Assembly: GCA_033762255.1 (NCBI GenBank)
Contig: JANRLT010000030.1
Span: 11,209 to 75,208, forward strand
Direction: 5' to 3'
Source: Pirellulales bacterium
GTDB taxonomy: Bacteria > Planctomycetota > Planctomycetia > Pirellulales > JALHPA01
Length of the DNA: 64,000 nt
This document shows, in pieces, positions 28,333-36,097 of this stretch. Positions within the stretch are counted from its first letter, which is position 1. The number at the start of each line of letters is the position of its first letter. The notes below the pieces were generated by a model that saw only the letters and a list, made by a program, of their open reading frames with translations, was not told the DNA's origin and made no database searches. The translations under genes and the position numbers were made by a program.

Positions 28333-29589
28333 ATGTTACAGCTAGAAAAACTTTCTTTTGGCGTGGGGGATCGTTTTGCCCGCCAAGCCGTCCCGCAACT
28401 TCGGGCTTTCCAGTTATTGGCAAAAGAGGGCGTGTCAGTCACGCCCGTCTGGAATAAATCAAACCGCGAGCATAGCTTTGTGGGGAGCCAGCCCGCCAGC
28501 GTCCGCACGGCCGCCCAGCAAGCCATCACCGCTCTTGGCTGGTCGCGACCGTGGCATGTCGATGCCGATCATATTCGCTTGGACACTGTGGAGCGGTATT
28601 TGGACAGCGCGGATTTTTTTACCTTGGATGTGGCGGATGCCATTGGCCAACCGGCGGCGGCCTCGGATGTTGCGGCTTTTGTCCGTCGTCATCCCGAACT
28701 GGTGGGACAAGTGGAAATCGCCGGCTTGCCCCAGCCGTTTGATTTATCACAAGGGGAAGTTGAACGAATCGCGGGCAAGTATCTGTTGGCGGTGCAAACC
28801 GCCGGGCGGATTTATCGCCGGATCGCGGCGGCCAAAGGGGAGGATGGCTTCATCGCCGAAATATCGGTTGATGAAACGGATACCCCCCAGACACCCCCCG
28901 AGTTGCTAGTCATTTTGGCGGCGGTTGCCGAGGAAAAAATCCGGCTGCAAACCATCGCCCCCAAGTTCACTGGCCGGTTCAACAAAGGTGTTGATTACGT
29001 GGGAGATGTGGCGCAGTTCGCGCGGGAATTTAGCGCGGATTTGGCCGTTATCGCCCATGCGAGCAAGCAATACGGCCTCCCCGCAAATCTAAAATTGAGC
29101 GTGCATAGCGGGAGCGATAAATTCCAACTTTATCCCGTGATCCGCCAGGCCCTGGTCGCGACAGGCGCGGGGGTTCATGTCAAAACCGCCGGGACGACAT
29201 GGCTGGAGGAGTTGATTGGACTAGCCGCAGCGGGAGGGGACGCGCTGGACTTTACCAAGGAACTTTATGCCGAAGCCCTGGCCCATCAACGGGAATTGTG
29301 TGCGCCGTATGCCAGTGTGATCGACATTGATCCCGCGTTGCTCCCCAGTGTTATAACTGTGGAGAAGTGGTCGAGTGAGGAATTTACCGGGGCGTTGCGG
29401 CATATTCCCGGCCATCCCCTCTTTAACCCGCATGTGCGGCAGCTTTTGCACGTGGCATTTAAGCTGGCGGCACAGGCCGGCAACCGTTATTACGACTTAT
29501 TGAGCGCAAATGCCGAGATCGTGGGAAAAAATGTGACCGAAAATCTGTATCAGCGGCATTTACGTCCGTTATTTGGCCAAGCACAATAA
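28333..29589 (+). CDS. Tagaturonate/fructuronate epimerase (UxaE)-like protein
   Basis: LSFGVGDRFARQ...NKSNREH...PWHVDADHIRL...FFTLDVAD follows the GDR / SxRE / DADH block order that I associate with the UxaE family. Confidence 0.55.
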   Translation: MLQLEKLSFGVGDRFARQAVPQLRAFQLLAKEGVSVTPVWNKSNREHSFVGSQPASVRTAAQQAITALGWSRPWHVDADHIRLDTVERYLDSADFFTLDVADAIGQPAAASDVAAFVRRHPELVGQVEIAGLPQPFDLSQGEVERIAGKYLLAVQTAGRIYRRIAAAKGEDGFIAEISVDETDTPQTPPELLVILAAVAEEKIRLQTIAPKFTGRFNKGVDYVGDVAQFAREFSADLAVIAHASKQYGLPANLKLSVHSGSDKFQLYPVIRQALVATGAGVHVKTAGTTWLEELIGLAAAGGDALDFTKELYAEALAHQRELCAPYASVIDIDPALLPSVITVEKWSSEEFTGALRHIPGHPLFNPHVRQLLHVAFKLAAQAGNRYYDLLSANAEIVGKNVTENLYQRHLRPLFGQAQ

Positions 29590-29663
29590 GAGCGACCCTC
29601 CAATCTAATATAAATTGTAAAGCTTTTACTCTTTGCAAAGAATGTCGTTGTCAGATCCGATTG

Positions 29664-29720
29664 CGGGCCACAGGCCCGACCTATCCCAGCCTAGGGCAAG
29701 CGCAGCGTCGCCCTAGGTTC
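29664..29720 (+). repeat. Interspersed palindromic repeat, module 1
   Basis: GCGGGCCACAGGCCCGACCTATCCCAGCCTAGGGCAAGCGCAGCGTCGCCCTAGGTTC. The last ~42 nt are identical to 34222-34263 and 49937-49980. Confidence 0.9.
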
Positions 29721-29772
29721 TGTGCCGCAGCATCCCCAATTACAGTAATTTAAATCTTACCTTTTCACCCGC

Positions 29773-30582
29773 ATGCGCACCGCTATCACAATCTGCCTGG
29801 TTCCCGAAGCGCGGGAGGGACCGTTTGTCTTTCATGATGGGTTGGCGGATGGATGCGCCCGCGCGGCCAAACATGGCTTTGACGGTGTGGAAATTTTTCC
29901 CCCCGCGGCCGCGGCGATCTCTGTCGTGGACCTGAAAAAACTGTTGCGGAGGCATGAGCTACAAGTCGCCGCGTTTGGCACGGGAGCGGGATGGCTGCGG
30001 GAACGCCTGACCCTGACTTCGCCCCATAAGGCCACCCGGCAAAAAGCAGTACGCTTTATTCAGGAAATGCTGGAACTGGGGGGAAAGTTTGGGGCAGCGG
30101 TGATTATTGGCTCGATGCAAGGACGCGTGGAGCCAGAAGTCGAGCGCGCCGTGGCCCTGGATTGGCTGCATGATGGCTTGGCGAGCCTCGCGGACATAGC
30201 CGCTCAGCATAGTGTTACGCTTTTGTACGAACCGCTCAACCGCTACGAGACAAATCTCTTTAACCGGCTGGCGGATACCGCCCAATGGCTGCAAACCAGG
30301 GAACTGGTTGGGGTAAAAATCCTCGCCGATATGTTTCACATGAATATCGAGGAAGCAAACTCCGCTTTGGCCATTCATAGCGCAAAAAGCTTAATTGGGC
30401 ATGTGCATTTTGCCGATTCCAACCGCCGCGCGATGGGATTTGGCCACACCAAGTTCAAAACGCTGGTTTCCGCGCTCCACAAGATCGGGTACGATGGCTA
30501 TCTTTCCGCCGAGATTTTTCCCTGGCCTGATAGTTCCGCCGCCGCCAAGCAAACCATGACCGCCCTGCGGCAAGTGTTGTAA
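29773..30582 (+). CDS. Sugar phosphate isomerase/epimerase (xylose-isomerase-like TIM barrel)
   Basis: GFDGVEIF, LLYEPLNRYETN, DMFHMNIEE and GHVHFADSNR metal-ligand blocks. Confidence 0.8.
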   Translation: MRTAITICLVPEAREGPFVFHDGLADGCARAAKHGFDGVEIFPPAAAAISVVDLKKLLRRHELQVAAFGTGAGWLRERLTLTSPHKATRQKAVRFIQEMLELGGKFGAAVIIGSMQGRVEPEVERAVALDWLHDGLASLADIAAQHSVTLLYEPLNRYETNLFNRLADTAQWLQTRELVGVKILADMFHMNIEEANSALAIHSAKSLIGHVHFADSNRRAMGFGHTKFKTLVSALHKIGYDGYLSAEIFPWPDSSAAAKQTMTALRQVL

Positions 30583-30646
30583 TCACAGGTTGGGATAGGC
30601 GGATCGGCTCATTATTTGTTCTACATTGTCCAAACCGCTTGCAGAT

Positions 30647-31090
30647 ATGCTCAAAACACCGCTCCTTCATCCCGACATTTTGCGAGTTGCCGCCCGGGCG
30701 GGACATCACGCCAAAATTTTGATCGCTGACGGCAATTATCCCGCCTCGTCCAAGATCGGCCCCCGCGCGGAACTTATCTGCTTGCAGCTTTCACCGGGGA
30801 TTCCCACCGTCGCTCAGGTGTTGCGGGCACTTTTAGCCGTGCTGCCGATTGATCATGTCAATACGATGGGAATCGACCCCAGCGATCCGTATGCCGCCGC
30901 CGGTGATCCCCCGGTCTGGGCCGAATACCGCCAAATTTTAACTGCCAGCGGTTCGGCGGTGACTTTGGAACCGATTATCAAGTGGGACTTCTATGCCGCG
31001 GTACAGTCCGTGGATCATGTCCTAACCATCCAAACAGCCGATCAAGCCCTCTGGGCGAACCTGCTGTTAAGCGTCGGCGTGCGTGTTTAG
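30647..31090 (+). CDS. RbsD/FucU-family sugar mutarotase (L-fucose mutarotase-like)
   Basis: MLKTPLLHPDILRVAARAGHHAKILIADGNYP. The track start at 30626 is TTG. Confidence 0.7.
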   Translation: MLKTPLLHPDILRVAARAGHHAKILIADGNYPASSKIGPRAELICLQLSPGIPTVAQVLRALLAVLPIDHVNTMGIDPSDPYAAAGDPPVWAEYRQILTASGSAVTLEPIIKWDFYAAVQSVDHVLTIQTADQALWANLLLSVGVRV

Positions 31091-31157
31091 TAGGAAGTTG
31101 GTAAATATTCCTGTCTTCATTTGTAATTCGTAATTTGTAATTTGTAATTAACTCACA

Positions 31158-31964
31158 ATGAACTTGTTTGATCTATCCAACGATGTCGCTGTGGTTGTCG
31201 GGGCGACGGGTGCTCTAGGTGGAACGATTGCCGCGGGCTTGGCCGCCGCCGGGGCCAAGAGCGCCATCTTGGGCCGTAATGTCGAGCGGGGAAGGGCGCG
31301 CATTGCCGCGATTCGCTCTGCCGGGGGGACAGGCGAATTTTTTGCCGCCGATGTCACCCAAATGGCCGACCTGCGGGGAGCGCATCAAGCAATAGAGCAG
31401 CTTTTTGGGCCCCCCACGATCTTGGTCAATGCCGCGGGGGGAAACGATCCCCGGGTAACCGTCCAGCCCGAACGCAAATTTGAAGATATTTTGCCGGACG
31501 ATTGGCGAAGCGCGTTTGATCTGAATCTGGTGGGGGGCGTGCTCTTGCCTTGCCAGGAATTTGGAGCCGCCATGGTTCGCCGCCAGCGCGGTTGTGTTAT
31601 TAATATCGCCAGTGTGTCCGCGCATATTCCATTATCACGGGTGGTCGCCTATTCCGCGGCCAAGGCCGCCGTGGTCAGCCTAACGCAGTTTCTGGCCCGC
31701 GAATGGGCGACCGCCGGCGTGCGGGTCAATTCCATCACGCCAGGGTTTTTTCCCGTCGAACAAAACCGCGCCTTGTTGTTTCAGGCCGATGGCACACCTA
31801 ACGAACGGACCCGCGCGATCTGGGGACATACGCCGATGGGCCGATTTGGCGAGCCACGGGAACTGATCGGGGCGGCGATCTTTTTGGCCAGTCAGGCCGC
31901 GGCGAGCTTTGTCACGGGAATTGATTTGCGGGTGGATGGGGGATTTCTTTCGCAGACTATTTAA
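31158..31964 (+). CDS. Short-chain dehydrogenase/reductase (2-keto-3-deoxy-sugar-acid dehydrogenase-like)
   Basis: VVVGATGALGGTIA, NAAGGN, YSAAKAAV, and VNSITPGFF. Confidence 0.85.
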   Translation: MNLFDLSNDVAVVVGATGALGGTIAAGLAAAGAKSAILGRNVERGRARIAAIRSAGGTGEFFAADVTQMADLRGAHQAIEQLFGPPTILVNAAGGNDPRVTVQPERKFEDILPDDWRSAFDLNLVGGVLLPCQEFGAAMVRRQRGCVINIASVSAHIPLSRVVAYSAAKAAVVSLTQFLAREWATAGVRVNSITPGFFPVEQNRALLFQADGTPNERTRAIWGHTPMGRFGEPRELIGAAIFLASQAAASFVTGIDLRVDGGFLSQTI

Positions 31965-32045
31965 CGACGGGAACCCGGATAAATTGCCTATTTTTTACCT
32001 ACAAATACTTTTTTTATTTTACCACGATGATGACAGGCATCACCC

Positions 32046-32897
32046 ATGCGTATTGACGCGCATCAACATTTTTGGCGATATGATCCGGCGGAATATCCGT
32101 GGATTGGGGCCGATTGGCCATTGCGGCGGGACTTTTTGCCCAAGGATTTGCAGCCGGAACTGGCGGCGTGCAAACTGGATGGCTGTGTGGCCGTGCAAGC
32201 CCGGCAGACGCTGGCGGAATCACGCTGGCTGCTAGAACTAGCGGAGCAACATGACTTTATCCAGGGCGTGGTCGGCTGGGTCGATTTACGTTCGACAGGG
32301 TTGGAATCGCAACTGCGGGAATTTGTCCCGCATCCCAAATTCGTGGGCGTTAGGCATGTCGTCCAAGATGAGCCGGATGATAACTTTATGTTAGGGACCG
32401 AGTTTCAGCGGGGTATCGCCGCGCTGGAGGATTTTGGCCTGACGTATGACCTGCTGGTGTTTCCCCGGCAGCTTCCCGCGGCAAATCAACTGGCGCGAAA
32501 TTTTCCCCGGCAGCCCTTGGTGCTGGATCACATTGCCAAGCCCCCCATCGCGCGCCGGTTGCAGCCTAGTCAGCCGGAATTTATCGAGTGGAGCACGCAA
32601 ATCCGTCGGTTGGCGGAATGTGAGAACGTGTTTTGCAAGCTGTCGGGTATGGTGACCGAGGCGGATTGGCACAACTGGGAAGCGGCGGACTTTGAGCCTT
32701 ATTTGCGCTTGGTCGTACAGGCCTTTGGCCCGGAGCGGCTGATGTATGGGTCGGACTGGCCGGTCGCGCTCTTAGCCGGAAGTTATGCGCGGGTGTATGT
32801 GTTAACGCACGACTATGTGGCGGGACTGGGAGAACAGGCGGAGAAAAAAGTTTTTGGCGAAAACACGATGCGGTTTTATGGGTTAGAGCGTTCTTAG
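32046..32897 (+). CDS. Amidohydrolase-2 family lactonase (L-fucono-1,5-lactonase-like, COG3618 type)
   Basis: The MRIDAHQHFW N-terminus, VLDHIAKP, and YGSDWPV are characteristic blocks. Confidence 0.75.
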   Translation: MRIDAHQHFWRYDPAEYPWIGADWPLRRDFLPKDLQPELAACKLDGCVAVQARQTLAESRWLLELAEQHDFIQGVVGWVDLRSTGLESQLREFVPHPKFVGVRHVVQDEPDDNFMLGTEFQRGIAALEDFGLTYDLLVFPRQLPAANQLARNFPRQPLVLDHIAKPPIARRLQPSQPEFIEWSTQIRRLAECENVFCKLSGMVTEADWHNWEAADFEPYLRLVVQAFGPERLMYGSDWPVALLAGSYARVYVLTHDYVAGLGEQAEKKVFGENTMRFYGLERS

Positions 32898-32926
32898 CCC
32901 GCAGCGTCAGCCAGGAACAACACTTC

Positions 32927-33219
32927 AGCCCGCAGCGTCAGCAAGGGACTGAAAGACTTTTATCACGGAGGCACGGAGGAAATTCAGAGCAGCACAGAGA
33001 AGAGTTGTTATCATTCATAGTAAATGGAATTGCATCTATCGAATGTTCAATATTTCAAATTTTGGATTTCAGATTTTCATGTTACTATGTCTGATCCGTG
33101 CCGATCAGTCCAATCAGTATGATCTGTGTTCCAATCCCGCTGCTCCATGCCCCTCGGTATTCACTCCGTGACTCCGTGCTTAAAAATTATCATTTTATCC
33201 CTTGCTGACGCGACGGGCT
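32927..33219. mobile_element. MITE-like non-coding element with nested terminal inverted repeats
   Basis: The left end AGCCCGCAGCGTCAGCAAGGGA ... CACGGAGGCACGGAGG is mirrored at the right end by CACTCCGTGACTCCGTG ... TCCCTTGCTGACGCGACGGGCT. The core is AT-rich. An extra half-site AGCCCGCAGCGTCAGCC lies at 32896-32912. Confidence 0.6.
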
Positions 33220-33244
33220 AATTGACAACTCACTAAAGGACCAT

Positions 33245-34177
33245 ATGCAACACCGCAAACTGGGACGTACCGACTTAAACCTGCCAATCCTGGGCTTTGG
33301 GGCATCTTCCCTGGGCCAGGAGTTTCGCAGCATCACCCTGACCGAAGCGCTCGATAGCGTGCGGGTCGCGCTGGATTGCGGAATCAACTTTATTGATACG
33401 TCCCCCTTTTATGGCCGGGGAATGAGCGAGGTGCTGCTGGGAATTGCCCTACGGGATGTCCCGCGCGACAGCTATATCCTGTGTAGCAAGCTGGGCAGGT
33501 ACGATCTGGCTCATTTTGACTTTAGCACCCGCCGCGTGGCCGAAAGCGTCGATGTCAGCCTGCATCGGCTGGGGACGGACCACCTGGATATCATGCTCTG
33601 CCATGATATCGAGTTTGTCCCCCTGCCGCAAATCGTCGCCGAAACAATGCCCGCGCTGCGTAAAATTCAACAAGCGGGCAAAGTGCGGTACATCGGCTTT
33701 AGCGGCTACCCCCAAAAAATCTTTCGCACGATTTGCGACCAGGCGGATGTCGATTGCATTCTGTCTTACAACCAATACACGCTGCAAAACACGCGTTTGG
33801 CGGATGAATCGATTCCCTACCTGCAAAGCCGCGGCGTCGGCATCCTGAACGCGGGGCCGTTTTCCGCCCGTTTACTCACCAACGCCCCCCTCCCCGCGTG
33901 GCTTAAGGAACCAGAATCCGTCAAGGCCGCGGCCCGCCGCGCCGCCGAACTGTGCGCCGCCCGGGGAAGCGACATCGCCAAACTGGCCTTGCAGTTTGCT
34001 TGCGCAAATCCGGACATTGCCAGCACGATCGCCGGCAGCGCCAATCCCCACAATATCCGCAACTGGGCCAGTTGGCTGGCCGAACCCATTGATCAAGAGC
34101 TGTTGCGCGATGTGCAGGCCATTTTTGCCCCCGTCAAAAACATCGGCCATGTCGAGGGTTTGCCGGAGAATAATTGA
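33245..34177 (+). CDS. Aldo/keto reductase (aldose 1-dehydrogenase-like)
   Basis: LGRTDLNLPILGFGASSLG, INFIDTSPFYGRG, and DHLDIMLCHDIEF. Confidence 0.85.
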   Translation: MQHRKLGRTDLNLPILGFGASSLGQEFRSITLTEALDSVRVALDCGINFIDTSPFYGRGMSEVLLGIALRDVPRDSYILCSKLGRYDLAHFDFSTRRVAESVDVSLHRLGTDHLDIMLCHDIEFVPLPQIVAETMPALRKIQQAGKVRYIGFSGYPQKIFRTICDQADVDCILSYNQYTLQNTRLADESIPYLQSRGVGILNAGPFSARLLTNAPLPAWLKEPESVKAAARRAAELCAARGSDIAKLALQFACANPDIASTIAGSANPHNIRNWASWLAEPIDQELLRDVQAIFAPVKNIGHVEGLPENN

Positions 34178-34207
34178 TTTACCCATCACGCTTTTTGTGT
34201 TGATTAC

Positions 34208-34360
34208 GTGGGCCAAAGGCCCAACCTATCCCAGCCTAGGGCAAGCGCAGCGTCGCCCTAGGTAAATCGGAAATGAATAATGGCAGGGCCAACGGCCCGA
34301 TTCATCCGTTATGACCATCTAATATAACCACTCGTCATCTGAGTAACGGGCTGAAGCCCG
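34208..34360 (+). repeat. Composite interspersed repeat (modules 1-2-3)
   Basis: GTGGGCCAAAGGCCCAACCTATCCCAGCCTAGGGCAAGCGCAGCGTCGCCCTAGGT (34208-34263), GGGCCAACGGCCCGATTCAT (34286-34305), CGGGCTGAAGCCCG (34347-34360). The same order and spacing recur at 49923-50056. Confidence 0.9.
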
Positions 34361-34486
34361 AACTACGCCCGTGATGTCGCTACTTTTGGATGACAAGTTA
34401 CATAATCATTGACTCTGAATCATAAATCCCCAGATTCCTCTCACGGTCGAGGGGAATACAAACACTACATTCACCCCAATCCCTCC

Positions 34487-35515
34487 ATGCTCGCTCTGCA
34501 ACTCGCCCAGCCGCAACAGTGGCAACTGATCGACATTCCCACCCCCCCCACGCCTGGTCCAGGAGAAGCCCTCTTGCGCGTGCGCGCGGTTGGTATCTGC
34601 GGGACCGATATCGCCGGATACTTGGGCAAAATGCCGTTTTTTTCCTACCCACGCATCCCCGGGCATGAGCTGGGTGTGACAGTCATGGCCGTGGGAGAGG
34701 GAGTCGCCAATGTCCGCCCCGGGCAACTCTGCTCGGTCGAGCCGTACTTGAATTGCCAGAAATGCTACGCCTGCCGCCGCGGTTATACCAATTGCTGCGA
34801 GACTAACCAAACGCTGGGCGTGATGTGCGACGGTGGCCTAACCAGCCAGATTATTCTTCCCGCGCGAAAGCTGCACCCCGCGGAAGCGCTCTCGCCCGAG
34901 CAGTGTGCCCTGGTCGAGACGTTGGCGATCGGCTGCCATGCGGTCGATCGGGGGGGAGCGCAACCCGGGCAAAACGTACTGCTACTGGGGGCGGGGCCAA
35001 TTGGCCTGGCCGCGCTCGAGTTTGTCAAGCTTTCCGGCGCACGGCCCATCGTCATGGACCTGAGCCCGAATCGGCTCGATTTTGTCCGCCAACACATGGG
35101 TGTGGCGGATACGATTTTGGCCCAGGGGACCGAGGCTGACAGTGCGGCTGTGGCGGAGTTAACCAATGGTCAACTGGCCGACGTGGTCATTGATGCAACG
35201 GGAAGCCACCTGTCGATGGCACGGGCGCTGGAATTTGCGGCATTTGCCGGAAAAATTGTGTATGTGGGGATCACCCAGCAGACGCTGGCGATCCCCCATC
35301 CGCCGCATTTGCACCGGCGAGAGTTATCGATTTTGGCCAGTCGCAACGCCCCGAGCCGCGACTTTCCGCGGATCATCGATTTAATCGCCGCGGGAAAAAT
35401 TGACACCCGCCCCTGGATCACACACCGGGCGGCATTTATGCAAATACCGGAAGTTTTTGCAAGCTGGCTGGATCCCGGTGCGGGGGTGATCAAGGCCGTG
35501 GTGGAGATGGAATAG
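34487..35515 (+). CDS. Zinc-dependent alcohol/polyol dehydrogenase (MDR family)
   Basis: GICGTDIAGY, the GHE catalytic-zinc ligands, the structural-zinc CxxCxxCxxxxxxxC (CQKCYACRRGYTNCC), and the LLLGAGPIGLA Rossmann motif. The track start at 34409 is TTG. Confidence 0.85.
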   Translation: MLALQLAQPQQWQLIDIPTPPTPGPGEALLRVRAVGICGTDIAGYLGKMPFFSYPRIPGHELGVTVMAVGEGVANVRPGQLCSVEPYLNCQKCYACRRGYTNCCETNQTLGVMCDGGLTSQIILPARKLHPAEALSPEQCALVETLAIGCHAVDRGGAQPGQNVLLLGAGPIGLAALEFVKLSGARPIVMDLSPNRLDFVRQHMGVADTILAQGTEADSAAVAELTNGQLADVVIDATGSHLSMARALEFAAFAGKIVYVGITQQTLAIPHPPHLHRRELSILASRNAPSRDFPRIIDLIAAGKIDTRPWITHRAAFMQIPEVFASWLDPGAGVIKAVVEME

Positions 35516-35635
35516 CGAGGGTGGCGGCGGCCAGCTTTCAACATCTTGGCCTTACCTACAGAGGCATTCTGATGGGGTGCAGGGGAGCGGAGGGGCAGGG
35601 GTGATCAAGAAAGGAAATTCTCAATAGCGTTTTTA

Positions 35636-35911
35636 CTACAACCTGCTGGTTGTCCGTCGTTCGTACGCGCCATACAGGGCCAGCAAAATTAACGCCCCGA
35701 TGGTGGACGCTATAAAGCCGCCCGTTTGAAAACCGGGTTCGCGCGGATCGGTGCCAAAAATCATCGAAGCCAAAAATCCGCCAACAATCGAGCCTAATAA
35801 CCCCAGCATGATGGTCATCACCCAGCCCATGGGCTGATTTCCGGGCATGATAAGGCGAGCTAGCAGTCCGGCGACCAATCCGATCACAATCCACCACATA
35901 AAAGCCAGCAT
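35636..35911 (-). CDS. GlsB/YeaQ/YmgE-family transglycosylase-associated membrane protein
   Basis: 91 aa; IVIGLVAGLLARLIMPG...GLLGSIVGGFL repeat pattern. Confidence 0.8.
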   Translation of the reverse strand: MLAFMWWIVIGLVAGLLARLIMPGNQPMGWVMTIMLGLLGSIVGGFLASMIFGTDPREPGFQTGGFIASTIGALILLALYGAYERRTTSRL

Positions 35912-36097
35912 GGGAACCTCTGTTAGCTAAATTTTGCCGTAGAAAATACCTTGGACAAATTCAGCAAACCGTGTGCCAAGCTTTTGATAGGACAGATTTT
36001 ACAGGAAAGGAATTGATTTAAGGCCGTAAGTTATATTACGTCCGCTAGTTTTTTAGCAGGAATTGGCGATAAAAAATAGGTACCTAACCCCCCGCCC

